Shown: positions 29,252 to 39,618 of the stretch, in pieces | Numbering within the stretch: the first letter of the stretch is position 1 | Layout of the letters: each line of letters opens with the position of its first letter | Source: Candidatus Velthaea sp. | GTDB lineage: Bacteria; Vulcanimicrobiota; Vulcanimicrobiia; Vulcanimicrobiales; Vulcanimicrobiaceae | DNA length: 64,000 nucleotides | Reading direction: 5' to 3' | Assembly (NCBI GenBank): GCA_965214935.1 | Contig: CBDCCS010000016.1 | Coordinates: 184,569 to 248,568 of the forward strand | Translations under genes and position numbers: made by a program | The notes under the pieces: generated by a model | Told to the model about the DNA's origin: nothing | The model's input: only the letters and a program-made list of their open reading frames with translations | Databases searched by the model: none

Positions 29252-31087
29252 ATGCATGGTGGCCCGCCGACCCATTTGATGTGGTCGAATATGTTCAGTC
29301 CCGACAAGCCGAAGATCAAGCGCAAAGCGGAATGGCGGCGGATCGGCAAGTTCTTTCTGCCGTATTGGCGGCAGGAAGCACTCGTGCTGGTTTGTATCGT
29401 GATCGGCTCGCTGCTCGGCTTGCTCCCGCCGCTCTATACGAAGTGGCTCATCGACGACGCGATTCCGAAGCACGCGATGGCCGGCGTCGTTTACAACGTC
29501 TCCGGAATGGCGATCAGCGCGGTCGCGGCCGGTGTCATCGGCGTCTATCAGGGCTATCTCAACTCGTTCGTCGGTGAAGGCATCATGCGCGACATTCGCA
29601 CGAGCCTCGTCGCGCATTTACACCGCATGTCGTTGTCGTTTTTCACCAATACGAAGACCGGCGAAATCATGAACCGGGTGAGTTCGGATGTCGATAATGT
29701 CGACAATGTCGTCACCGGGACGCTCGTATCGATCGTCACCAATGTCGCAATGATGGTGACGACGCTCGTAACGATCTTCATTTTGGATTGGCGCCTCGCG
29801 TTTATCGCACTTGCCGTCGTCCCGTTGATGATTTTGCCGCTCGGTCCGGTCGGCCGCCGGATGTACGACATTCGCAAGCAGACGCGGGTGAAGCGCGACG
29901 AGATCGAGTCGATCACCCAAGAGACACTCTCGATCTCCGGCATCACGCTGATCAAAACGTTCGTCCGCGAAGCGTTCGAGAAGCAGCGTTTCTTTGCCGT
30001 CGGTACCGATTTGATGACGCTGGAAATCCGGCTCGCAATGGTCGGGCGCTGGTTCATCGCGGCCATCTCGGCGATGGTGATCATCGGCCCGGCCTTGGTG
30101 TGGCTGGCCGGCGGCTATTTTGCAATCAATGCCGGCCTGTCCGTCGGCACGATCGTCGCCTTTGTCGCCTTTTTGTCGCGCCTATACGGCCCGGCGTCGG
30201 CGCTCGCCGGCGTGCAGGTCCAAATCGTTAGTGCGCTCGCGGTCTTCGAACGCATCTTTGAATACCTGGACATGGAGCCCGAAGGCGCCGAAAAGCCGAA
30301 TGCGCTTGCAATCGCCGAAGTGCGCGGTCAGGTCGCCTTCGACAATGTTGTTTTCCGGTATACGCCCGACCGGATTGCCCTCGACGGTGTTAGCTTTACG
30401 ATCGAGCCCGGTCAAATGGCGGCGTTCGTCGGGCCATCGGGCGCCGGCAAAACGACGATCACGCAACTCGTCCCGCGCTTCTACGATCCGCAATCCGGCG
30501 TGGTGCGCGTCGACGGCCACGATGTTCGCGATTTGACGTTGGCGTCGCTACGCGAAAACGTCGGCATCGTAACGCAAGAAACGTATCTCTTTCATGACAC
30601 GATCGGCTCCAATCTCCGCTACGCGCGAAGCGGCGCCGGCGATGCCGAGCTCGTTGCGGCCGCACGCGCTGCGAATATCCACGATTTCATTGCTGCCTTG
30701 CCTGAGGGCTACGATACGATCGTCGGTGAACGCGGCCATAAGCTTTCGGGCGGCGAACGTCAGCGTCTCGCGATCGCTCGGGTGCTGCTGAAAAATCCGC
30801 GCATCCTCATCCTGGACGAAGCGACGAGCGCGCTCGACTCGAATAACGAGGCGCTCATCCAAGCAGCGCTCGTGCCGCTCATGGCCGGCCGGACGAGCCT
30901 CGTGATCGCCCATCGGCTCTCGACGATCCTCGCCGCGGACGTCATCTTCGTCGTCGTCGCCGGACGCATCGTCGAAGCCGGTTCGCACGCGGCGCTTTTG
31001 ACCCGCAATGGGCTCTACGCCGAACTGTATTTCAAGCAGTTCCGCGACCAGACGCACGAACCAATCGAATCGATCGAGCTCGTCTGA
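29252..31087 (+). CDS. ABC exporter, fused permease/ATPase (MsbA/MdlB-like)
   Basis: Six-TM domain, GPSGAGKTT, LSGGERQRLAIAR, ILDEATSALD and IAHRLST. Confidence 0.94.
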   Translation: MHGGPPTHLMWSNMFSPDKPKIKRKAEWRRIGKFFLPYWRQEALVLVCIVIGSLLGLLPPLYTKWLIDDAIPKHAMAGVVYNVSGMAISAVAAGVIGVYQGYLNSFVGEGIMRDIRTSLVAHLHRMSLSFFTNTKTGEIMNRVSSDVDNVDNVVTGTLVSIVTNVAMMVTTLVTIFILDWRLAFIALAVVPLMILPLGPVGRRMYDIRKQTRVKRDEIESITQETLSISGITLIKTFVREAFEKQRFFAVGTDLMTLEIRLAMVGRWFIAAISAMVIIGPALVWLAGGYFAINAGLSVGTIVAFVAFLSRLYGPASALAGVQVQIVSALAVFERIFEYLDMEPEGAEKPNALAIAEVRGQVAFDNVVFRYTPDRIALDGVSFTIEPGQMAAFVGPSGAGKTTITQLVPRFYDPQSGVVRVDGHDVRDLTLASLRENVGIVTQETYLFHDTIGSNLRYARSGAGDAELVAAARAANIHDFIAALPEGYDTIVGERGHKLSGGERQRLAIARVLLKNPRILILDEATSALDSNNEALIQAALVPLMAGRTSLVIAHRLSTILAADVIFVVVAGRIVEAGSHAALLTRNGLYAELYFKQFRDQTHEPIESIELV

Positions 31088-31117
31088 GCGCGGCCGGTAG
31101 CCGCGATCCGCGGCCGG

Positions 31118-32095
31118 CTAACCGACGGCGGAAATATCCCAGCCGAGCATCCGCGCGGCCAACTCGGTGCGGTTCTTCGAAAGTGTCTTCTTAAGCATTC
31201 GCTTGAGATGAAACACGACCGTGGACTCCGAGATGGACAACTCGGCCGCGATCTCGGAGACCGGCGCGCCGCGCAACATCAACGACAGCACTTGCAATTC
31301 ACGTTTACTGATCGAATATTGCGTTGCGGTCGCTTCAAGCGAGGCCCGGCTGCGCAACCACTCGACGGTCACGAGCAGCGCCGGCGCGACGCCACGCGAG
31401 CGCAGCGGCGTGATGCGCACGAGGGCAAACGGAAGAACCGCGACGAGCTCGTTACCGGTCGCACCGCCGCGAAGCCGCTCGAGCAGTTCGGCAATTATCG
31501 GCCGAAGGACCGGCGATAACTCACCGTTGCGCGGCATGAGATGCGTTCGTAAGTCGGTCGGCATGCCGTCCGGTTCATCGCTCGTCGATAGCAAGACGCC
31601 CTTGTGATCGATCGTGAAGGCGATCGGTGCCGCTCGTCGAGCCGTTAACCGTTCAGCCTCGTCGGCGTTGATCTCGAAGATCGCCGCGGCGATCGCTTCG
31701 GAGTGCTGCCGAAAAAATTGTTCGATCCCAGCGCCGTCGCGCGTCGCATACGGCTTGAAATTCGCGGATCGCACGATGCGCAGGATCGCGATCCGGTCGC
31801 CGAACTCACCGAAGATGACGTATAGCGCGCGGCGGTGCTCCGATGCCAGCGGCGTACTTACATGCGGCAGAACGGAGCCGGCAAAGCGCTGTAAGCGCAC
31901 CTCGGCGCGCAATGCAGCAAGGTCGGGTGCAAGCTGGCTCGACGAGCCGGAAACAATCAAGGAATCGTCGCGACCGAAGGCTGCGAAATCCCATCCATCC
32001 CCAGCGGCCAGCCGCGTAATGAGTTCACCGACGATGCGCATCGCGACGACGCCGCGCACTCGCGCAGACGTGCGCGGCACGACTTCACTCTGCAC
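31118..32095 (-). CDS. LuxR-type HTH transcriptional regulator with uncharacterised N-terminal sensor region
   Basis: C-terminal ISKRELQVLSLMLRG...IAAELSISESTVVFHLKRMLKK...NRTELA. Confidence 0.85.
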   Translation of the reverse strand: MQSEVVPRTSARVRGVVAMRIVGELITRLAAGDGWDFAAFGRDDSLIVSGSSSQLAPDLAALRAEVRLQRFAGSVLPHVSTPLASEHRRALYVIFGEFGDRIAILRIVRSANFKPYATRDGAGIEQFFRQHSEAIAAAIFEINADEAERLTARRAAPIAFTIDHKGVLLSTSDEPDGMPTDLRTHLMPRNGELSPVLRPIIAELLERLRGGATGNELVAVLPFALVRITPLRSRGVAPALLVTVEWLRSRASLEATATQYSISKRELQVLSLMLRGAPVSEIAAELSISESTVVFHLKRMLKKTLSKNRTELAARMLGWDISAVG

Positions 32096-32213
32096 GGAGA
32101 CACCCTTGCAAAGTCAAAACACGCATCTCACATATCAGATACCGGTCAAGCAACATAGAGCCTAACATTTCAGCATTGACGGACAAGTTTCCGCCCCCAC
32201 GCTTCTCTGCTAT

Positions 32214-34193
32214 TCAACGGCGGTTGAGAATAGCAGCTAATGCTCCGACGTTGTCAAGAGCGGAAAGATCACCGAAATCCGGCAATTCGAGATACTGCGC
32301 GCGAGCGATGCGGCGCAGAATCTTCAGATTGCGTGTTTTCGGCAAATCGTCGACAAAGAAAATCGCTTTCGGCCGCAGCGATTTACCCATCGCCCGATCG
32401 ATTCGTCCGATGAGTTCTGCGCGCAATGCGTCGGTTTCCTCGAAGCCCGGCCGAACGACGGCAAAAACAACGACGACATCGCCTTTCACGGCGTCCGGCA
32501 CGGCGATTGCCGCCGCTTCTTTGATCCGTGGATGCGCGCCGACGGCGCTCTCGAATTCGGCCGGCCCGACCCGCTTGCCGGCAACATTGATCGTATCGTC
32601 GCTGCGGCCGCGGATGAACCAATACTCATGCGCGCCGTCCGCTTCGATCGTACACCAGTCGCCGTGCACCCAGGTACCGGCAAAGCGATCCCAATACGTC
32701 GACAGGAAGCGCGCGTCGTCGTGCTTGCCCGGAGATCCGTCCCAAAAACTTTGGGTCATTCCCGGCCACGACGCTTTCACGACGAGTTCGCCGACGGCTC
32801 CGCGAATCGGCTTCCCCGCCGGATCGAAAACATCGGCCAGCATCCCAGGAATCGGGCCGTGGAAGCTGTTCGGGACGAGCGGCATTGTTGGAAATGCGCC
32901 GATGATGCCGCCGCCGATCTCCGTCCCGCCCGAATAGTTGATGATCGGCGCGATGCCTCGGCCGACATGCGCGGCAAACCACTTCCAAGGCTCGGTATTC
33001 CATGGCTCACCGGTGCTGGCCAAGATGCGCAACTGCGAAAGATCGTGACGAGCCGGATGTTCGTCGCCGTGCGTCATGAGCGCGCGAACGGCGGTCGGTG
33101 CGAGTCCGAGATGCGTCACGCGGTGGTCGGCGCAAACTTGCCACAGGCGGTCGGGTGCCGGGAAATCCGGCGTCCCTTCATACAGCACGATCGTCGCGCC
33201 TAAGCCGAGTGCCCCGAATACGAGGAACGGCCCCATCATCCAGCCCATGTCGGTATACCACAGCATGCGATCGCCGGGCTTGACGTCCATACACAAATGC
33301 TGATCGATCATACACTTGAGCGGGAAGCCGGCGTGAATGTGGTCTGCGCCTTTCGGCCGGCCCGTGGAACCGGATGTATAGAGCAGCATCGCCGGATCGC
33401 CGGCGGCTGTACGCTCGTAAGTCAGCGGCGGCAGCGCCGCAGCCGTCCGCTCGCGCCAGTGAAAGTCGCGGCCGGGCATCATCGGCACCGCGAGACCCGT
33501 GCGCTCGAAGACAAGCACGTGTCGGACCGACGGTGCCGCGCTTAACGCATCGTCGACGATCGTTTTTAGCGCGATCGGCTTGCCGCGACGGTAGACGCCG
33601 TCGGCGGTCAGCAAGACTTTAGCGCCGGCGTCGGCGAGCCGGGCGGACAGCGCGTCCGGGCCGTAGCCGGAAAATGCCGGAACGGCGACTGCGCCGATAT
33701 ACCCGACTGCAAGAAGTCCGATCGCAGCTTCGGGCACCAGCGGCATATAGATGCCGACCCGGTCGCCGCGTTCGACGCCGAGTTCGCGCAGCGTTCCAGC
33801 CAGTTGCGCGACCTCCGCGCGCAGTGCTGCGAACGTGAACGTGCGGACGCGACCATCTTCGCCTTCCCACACAAGTGCCTCAGCGGCGCCGCGTCCGGCA
33901 TCGACATGCCGGTCGAGGCAATTTGCGGCCGCGTTAAATTGCGCGCCGGGAAACCACGTGCTGAATGCCGGCCCGCCCGTGCGGTCGACGACGGCGTCCC
34001 ACGGCCGGTCCCAGCGCAGATCCAGCGTACGCACGATGCGTTCGTAGAAGCCGGCTTGGTCGACCTCGATCGATGCCAGCAGCGCCGGATAATCGGCGAC
34101 GGCACTCGCCCGTAGAAGCGCCGTTAGGTTGGCGCCGGCGATCTGTTCCGCCGACGGAACCCAACGCTCGAATGCGCTCGCTGCTGTCGTCAT
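32214..34193 (-). CDS. Acyl-CoA synthetase (acetate/acetoacetate-CoA ligase-like, AMP-forming)
   Basis: FNAAANCLDRH, LYTSGSTGRPKG, GRSDDTINVAGKRVGPAEFE and LPKTRNLKILRR. Confidence 0.92.
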   Translation of the reverse strand: MTTAASAFERWVPSAEQIAGANLTALLRASAVADYPALLASIEVDQAGFYERIVRTLDLRWDRPWDAVVDRTGGPAFSTWFPGAQFNAAANCLDRHVDAGRGAAEALVWEGEDGRVRTFTFAALRAEVAQLAGTLRELGVERGDRVGIYMPLVPEAAIGLLAVGYIGAVAVPAFSGYGPDALSARLADAGAKVLLTADGVYRRGKPIALKTIVDDALSAAPSVRHVLVFERTGLAVPMMPGRDFHWRERTAAALPPLTYERTAAGDPAMLLYTSGSTGRPKGADHIHAGFPLKCMIDQHLCMDVKPGDRMLWYTDMGWMMGPFLVFGALGLGATIVLYEGTPDFPAPDRLWQVCADHRVTHLGLAPTAVRALMTHGDEHPARHDLSQLRILASTGEPWNTEPWKWFAAHVGRGIAPIINYSGGTEIGGGIIGAFPTMPLVPNSFHGPIPGMLADVFDPAGKPIRGAVGELVVKASWPGMTQSFWDGSPGKHDDARFLSTYWDRFAGTWVHGDWCTIEADGAHEYWFIRGRSDDTINVAGKRVGPAEFESAVGAHPRIKEAAAIAVPDAVKGDVVVVFAVVRPGFEETDALRAELIGRIDRAMGKSLRPKAIFFVDDLPKTRNLKILRRIARAQYLELPDFGDLSALDNVGALAAILNRR

Positions 34194-34273
34194 GAAACGC
34201 CGTTTCGCTTCCCGGGACCTCGCGACTTCTGCGCGAACGAACGCCGACGACACTATTTCGGAGGCTCATAGCG

Positions 34274-35452
34274 ATGGCGATTGCCGAACCGGGCTTGCAA
34301 TCCGACGAAGAGGCAATGATCCTCGATGTCGTGCGACAGCTGGTCAAGGAAAAGGTCGAGCCGCGGGCCGCGGAAATCGATGCGACCGCCGAGTTTCCGG
34401 TCGACATTCAACAGCTCTTCGCAGCCAACGACCTGCTCGGCATCCCGTTTCCGGCAGCGTACGGCGGGCTGGGCGGCACGTTTCTCACCTATGTGAAGGT
34501 CGTCGAGGAAGTCGCCAAAGCATGCGCCTCGAGCGCGCTGATCATTGCCGTACAAGAACTCGGCGCGCTGCCGATTCTTATCGGCGGCAGCGACCAACAG
34601 AAGCGCAAGTACATTCCGAAATTGGCCAGCGGCGAATGGATTGCAGCGTATGCACTGAGCGAAGCCGGAAGCGGTTCGGATGCCGCCGGTTCGATGCGGA
34701 TGACCGCGCGCCGCGACGGCGACGACTACGTTCTGGACGGAACGAAGATCTGGATCACGCAGGGCAGCGTCGCCGACGTCGTCACCGTGTTTGCGCTGAC
34801 CGGACCCGGTCAAGGTGCTGCGGGCATCTCGGCGTTCATCGTCGAGAAGGGAACGCCCGGCTTTGCGGTCGGTAAACTCGAGAAGAAAATGGGCATTCGC
34901 GGTTCGCCGACCGTCGAACTAGCGTTCAACGATTGTCGCATACCGGCGGCGCAGTTGATCGGCCGCGAAGGTGAAGGCTTCAAAATCGCGATGAAGGTGC
35001 TCGACAAATCGCGGCCGGGGATCGCCGCGCAGGCGATCGGTATCGCGGCCGGCGCCCTCGAGTACGCAACGAACTATCTCACGGAACGCGTTGCGTTCGG
35101 CAAGCCGCTCGCGCAGCAGCAAGGGCTGCAATTCATGTTAGCGGACATGAAGACGGAGGTTGAAGCCGCACGCTTACTGCTCTACGAGGCCGCGCGCAAA
35201 TGCGATGCGGGAGCAGCCGATCTCACCACCTGGGCGGCGATGGCCAAGCTCAAATGCGGCGATGTCGCGATGTCGGTCACGACCGATGCCGTCCAGCTGC
35301 TCGGCGGTTTTGGTTATTCGACGGATTATCCGGTCGAACGCATGATGCGTGACGCAAAGATCACCCAGATTTACGAAGGCACGCAGCAGATCCAACGCAT
35401 CGTCATTGCCCGATCGATGGTCGGCAAATGGACGGCTCCGGCGGTTCGCTGA
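34274..35452 (+). CDS. Acyl-CoA dehydrogenase
   Basis: ALSEAGSGSD, GTKIWITQG, KMGIRGSPT and RDAKITQIYEGTQQIQR; GGAGG RBS. Confidence 0.95.
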   Translation: MAIAEPGLQSDEEAMILDVVRQLVKEKVEPRAAEIDATAEFPVDIQQLFAANDLLGIPFPAAYGGLGGTFLTYVKVVEEVAKACASSALIIAVQELGALPILIGGSDQQKRKYIPKLASGEWIAAYALSEAGSGSDAAGSMRMTARRDGDDYVLDGTKIWITQGSVADVVTVFALTGPGQGAAGISAFIVEKGTPGFAVGKLEKKMGIRGSPTVELAFNDCRIPAAQLIGREGEGFKIAMKVLDKSRPGIAAQAIGIAAGALEYATNYLTERVAFGKPLAQQQGLQFMLADMKTEVEAARLLLYEAARKCDAGAADLTTWAAMAKLKCGDVAMSVTTDAVQLLGGFGYSTDYPVERMMRDAKITQIYEGTQQIQRIVIARSMVGKWTAPAVR

Positions 35453-35486
35453 CGGTGCTCGAGCAGACGGGGTATCACCCTTCTCG

Positions 35487-37352
35487 GTGACACAACCGCA
35501 GGCCGATCTTCCTCGCGTTTCGCTCGATCGTGCGCAATGGGTGCGTCTTGTCATCGTCGGTTTGCTCGTCACGTTTGCGCTGGGCCGAGTTGTGCCCGAT
35601 GCGATACGCGCGCTGTATCCGCTACATGTTTTCGGCTACGTGACCGACGGCGACGGCGTCGTCGTCAGCGAACAGCCGCCGCCACGCAGCGCTACGTCCG
35701 AGCGGCCGCAAGCGCCGGCGCCGGCCGCCGCCCGGCACGCGAAAGGCAAAGTCAAAGCGCCGGCGCCGGCGCCGCGGCGTCCCGATTACGTCGAGATCGG
35801 CGATCGCGTGCGCATCGATCGCATTCCGGCTTTCGACCGCAAACCGGGGCTTGCCGGCGCCGGATTTACTTACGATAATCCGGACCGCTCGTTACCGGTT
35901 CAACGTGGCCGGCACGTGCGTATCTTACATCTGCAAGCACACGACGAGTCGGTTCCCAGCCGTACCTTTGCGGTCTTACGAATTGTACTCTTCGTCATCT
36001 CCGTCGGCTTGGGTGCGATTCTGTTCCTCGTCAAACCGGGTATTACAACCGCAGCCTTTTTTGTTTTCTGCTTGGGCGCCGAAGCACCGACGACGTATCT
36101 CGATCTGGCGATTCCCAATCCGTGGCGGCCGATTCCTGAGTGGCTGGGCGATACGCTTCGCGGAGCCGCCCGCCCGGCGCTCTTGCTCTTTGCGTTCTGT
36201 CTCATCGACGGTGATCGAGACGCACCGCGCGAGCGGATCGTTGCCGGCATTTGCGGCGTCGCCGGTCTCACGCTCGGGACCGTCAATGCGTATGCCGCGT
36301 GGCTGCTGACATACGCCGGCCATCCGGCCGGTGCGATCGACCGCTTTTCAACCGCGGCATCGAGTGCTTTAACGGCACTGACGACGCTTGCGTTCGTCGT
36401 TGCGTTTGTACGCGCGCGCGGCATCGACCGTCAACGAATCGCGTGGATCGTCATTGCATTTCTCTTTGCCGCCGGTGCACGGCTGGTCTCGGATCAATTA
36501 TTTCCGCGGTACATTGCGCCGTGGGAAAACGGACTGCTCGTATCGGCAACGATCGTGCCGATCGTCGGCGTTTGGATTGCCGTCATTCGTCAGCGTTTCT
36601 TCAACGTTGATTTTGTCGTGAGCCGCGCCATCGTGTATGTCGCATTCACGGCAGCCGCCGTCGGAACGATCGCCGTCGCCGAAGAACTCGGCACCTATAT
36701 CTTCTACAACAATTCCGATTTGTGGTACGGCTTCTTCATGCTGATTTCGCTCGTTGTCGGCGCAACGACCGGGAAAATTAGCGCGCTGGTGCACCGTCTG
36801 GTGGACCGCTTTATCTTCCGCGACCGCGGCGATCAGCGCCGCGCACTGGAATTGATCGAAGGCTATATTCTCGATGCCGAGACGCTCGATGATGTGTACC
36901 GTGCGCTCTTGGCCGATGCCGCGCATGCATTGAAGCTGTCGTTCGGCGGATTCATGATGCGCTTGCCCAACGGCGACTATCAACTATCGTATCAGCACGA
37001 TTGGCCCGCGGATTGCATAACTCGCCTTACCTCGAGCGACGATTTAACACTAGCGCTGACGCGAACGCGCGGCGCGCTGACGTTTACGGCCAAAGACACC
37101 GCGCTCATCAGCCGGGCGTTTCCGGGCGAGCGCTTAACGTTCGCCGCGCCGATCTTCTTCGACCGCAGCGTCTTAGGTATCGTGGTTTACGGCCATAACA
37201 TAAGCGGTCTCGACTTGGATCCGGATGAACGCGAACATCTCGTACGCGTGGTTGCGCACGCGTCGATTGCCTTGAGTTCTATCGAGCTTGCGCGGTATCG
37301 CGCCGGTGCCGCATTTGAGCCGCCGGTCGCATTAGAGGTGCGCACGGTTTGA
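35487..37352 (+). CDS. Multi-pass membrane protein with C-terminal GAF-like domain
   Basis: One TM, a Pro-rich extracytoplasmic loop, about 8 TMs, VDRFIFR and a GAF-like end (APIFFDRSVLGIVVYG...ASIAL). GTG 35487 chosen as start. Confidence 0.7.
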   Translation: MTQPQADLPRVSLDRAQWVRLVIVGLLVTFALGRVVPDAIRALYPLHVFGYVTDGDGVVVSEQPPPRSATSERPQAPAPAAARHAKGKVKAPAPAPRRPDYVEIGDRVRIDRIPAFDRKPGLAGAGFTYDNPDRSLPVQRGRHVRILHLQAHDESVPSRTFAVLRIVLFVISVGLGAILFLVKPGITTAAFFVFCLGAEAPTTYLDLAIPNPWRPIPEWLGDTLRGAARPALLLFAFCLIDGDRDAPRERIVAGICGVAGLTLGTVNAYAAWLLTYAGHPAGAIDRFSTAASSALTALTTLAFVVAFVRARGIDRQRIAWIVIAFLFAAGARLVSDQLFPRYIAPWENGLLVSATIVPIVGVWIAVIRQRFFNVDFVVSRAIVYVAFTAAAVGTIAVAEELGTYIFYNNSDLWYGFFMLISLVVGATTGKISALVHRLVDRFIFRDRGDQRRALELIEGYILDAETLDDVYRALLADAAHALKLSFGGFMMRLPNGDYQLSYQHDWPADCITRLTSSDDLTLALTRTRGALTFTAKDTALISRAFPGERLTFAAPIFFDRSVLGIVVYGHNISGLDLDPDEREHLVRVVAHASIALSSIELARYRAGAAFEPPVALEVRTV

Positions 37353-38611
37353 TCCCGCTGACCGGCAACCCTCGCAGCGTACCGCAAGCCGCGATGGCGG
37401 AGTTCGAGGCCGCGCAGACGGCGATCGGGCGCGCGTGTTCGCCGCGCGCGCCTGAGTCTGTGCCGCTCGAGGGCGCGGCCGGCCGGGTACTGGCCGGCGA
37501 TATCATTGCGTCCGAAGACCTCGTTCCATTTGCGCGCTCGGCGATGGATGGCTTCGCACTTTGCAGCGCCGATCTCGGGCACTTGCCCGCGACATTGCCG
37601 ATTGCTGCAGCCGCGTTTGCAGCCGCAGGACGTGTCGTGCATCGGCGCGGCACTGCAACGGCGATCGCGACCGGTGCAGCGCTACCGGCAGGCGCCGATT
37701 GCGTCGTACCGATCGAAGACGTTAGCGTGCACGAAGGTACGCTCGTCGTTCGGCGCCCCGTCGCCAGCGGTGCATGCGTGTTTCCGTCGGGCGACGACGC
37801 ACGAACCGGCGACGTTTTGTTGCCGGCCGGAACTCGTCTCGGCCCGGCCGGACTCGGACTGCTGGGCGCCGCCGGAATCACGCAGGTTCATGTATGGAAC
37901 AAACCGGTCGTCGCCGTGATTTGCGGCGGCGACGAACTTGTTGCAATCGATCGCAAGCCGGCCTACGGACAGATTCGTGACAGCAACGGAATCATGCTGA
38001 CCGCCGCACTTGAAGCAGCCGGAGCACGGGTCGCATCGGTGCAGCGCCTGCCCGACGAACGTCACCGCGTGGTCGCCGCACTCGCGCAAACATTCGAACG
38101 GGCCGATTTGATCGTGACCACGGGCGGCGCATCGGTCGGCGAGCGCGACTTTCTCAAGAGCGCTTGCGCCGAACTCGGGGTTGAATTCTTCTTCGAGCGC
38201 GTGGCGTTGCGGCCCGCAAAACCGACGGCATTCGGCCGGCGCGGCACGACGTTCATTGCGATTTTGCCGGGCAACCCCGCTGCCGCGTTCGTTGCAATGC
38301 ACGAATTCGTGCGAGTTGCGGTACGCCGTTTGAGCGGGCATGCCGAGGGGCGTTTGCCCCGGGTGAAAGCGAAGCTCGACGGCACGCTGCACGCCAAGCC
38401 CGAGCGTCATTTCGCCGCGTTCGCTGCGCTCACAATCGATCGAAACGGGTTTTCCGCGAAGCCGCTCGCCAATCAATGTTCGGCGTTGACCCGCACCGCC
38501 GCAACCGCAAACGGCTTCATCGTTATACCGCCGGGACAGCACGTGTACGCCAGCGGTGACGATGTCGCCGTCGACGTATTCGACTGGTCCGCCGTTAACG
38601 CCGCATCATAA
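37349..38611 (+). CDS. moeA: Molybdopterin molybdotransferase
   Basis: PFARSAMDGFA, IATGAALPAGADCVV, GDELV, IRDSN, TTGGASVGERD and LPGNP. Confidence 0.94.
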   Translation: MIPLTGNPRSVPQAAMAEFEAAQTAIGRACSPRAPESVPLEGAAGRVLAGDIIASEDLVPFARSAMDGFALCSADLGHLPATLPIAAAAFAAAGRVVHRRGTATAIATGAALPAGADCVVPIEDVSVHEGTLVVRRPVASGACVFPSGDDARTGDVLLPAGTRLGPAGLGLLGAAGITQVHVWNKPVVAVICGGDELVAIDRKPAYGQIRDSNGIMLTAALEAAGARVASVQRLPDERHRVVAALAQTFERADLIVTTGGASVGERDFLKSACAELGVEFFFERVALRPAKPTAFGRRGTTFIAILPGNPAAAFVAMHEFVRVAVRRLSGHAEGRLPRVKAKLDGTLHAKPERHFAAFAALTIDRNGFSAKPLANQCSALTRTAATANGFIVIPPGQHVYASGDDVAVDVFDWSAVNAAS

Positions 38612-38799
38612 CGCCCAAACCCAAGTCGGCAACGCGCCACGAGATTCCGTGAGATCGCGCGGAAGCGCCGTGCTCGTGTCGCCGGCCCGACATCTCGACG
38701 TAACAGGCGCGGTCGATAAAGTTATTCTCCGACGGTCGCGCGTTTCTCGAAGACGGTCGACGCCGGCAGAACGCAACTCTGCCGTTAGCGGCTTTGCCG

Positions 38800-39618
38800 T
38801 TAATGTCCGACGCCTTGATAGCGGTTTAGCCCGATCCGCCAGAAGCCGTACGCGACGGCTACGAAGAACGTACCGATGAGCGGCGTCAACAAACCGACCG
38901 CCGGCGGTAAAGAAAGTCCGTTTTCCGTTTTGTGCAGGAAGTACGTTGCCGGAAAATAGTTCATGAAGGCAAACGGAAAAACGAAAGCGAGCAGCAGTCG
39001 GACTCCGCGCGAGTAGATCGCGAGCGGGTAGCGCGTGAACTCTTGTTCGAGCTGCAACACGATCCAGCGCAACGCATCGACCCGGATGAACCAGAATGCG
39101 ACCGTTGATATGATCAAGCTGATGCCGAGATCGATGAATGCACCGCCGATCGCAACGAGCGGAACGAAGATCACGAACAACGCATCGATACGAACGTGGC
39201 TATACCAAACGGCAGCGCTTAAATAACCGATCGCCAGAATGAGTTCGTCCGGGAACTGCTGACTCGGCAGGGTGATCGCCTGAAACAGCGTGTCGAGCGG
39301 CCGAACGAGAAAGCGGTCGAATTCGCCGTCGCGGATATGCTCGGGAATCTCACCGATCGCACTAAAGAACGTATTGTTGAGCGCATGACCGAGCATCCAC
39401 AGCCCGTATAAAAAGGCCATATCGCGAAACGACCAGCCGTTCATGCTTGGGAACGTGTGCAGGATGACGTAGAGCGCTGCTACCGCCGTTCCATGATAGA
39501 TGAACGTAAAAAGAAACCAGATAAAAAAGTTGGCTCGATATTCCAGGGTCGTCAAGAGATTGATGCGCCAGTACTGCCCGTAAACGTCGAGCATCATGCG
39601 GAGCGCACTCGGCTGCAT
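38800..39618 (-). CDS. ABC-2 family (DUF990-type) permease
   Basis: LEYRANF, IRDGEFDRFLVRP, YPLAIY and RYQGVGH. Confidence 0.88.
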   Translation of the reverse strand: MQPSALRMMLDVYGQYWRINLLTTLEYRANFFIWFLFTFIYHGTAVAALYVILHTFPSMNGWSFRDMAFLYGLWMLGHALNNTFFSAIGEIPEHIRDGEFDRFLVRPLDTLFQAITLPSQQFPDELILAIGYLSAAVWYSHVRIDALFVIFVPLVAIGGAFIDLGISLIISTVAFWFIRVDALRWIVLQLEQEFTRYPLAIYSRGVRLLLAFVFPFAFMNYFPATYFLHKTENGLSLPPAVGLLTPLIGTFFVAVAYGFWRIGLNRYQGVGH

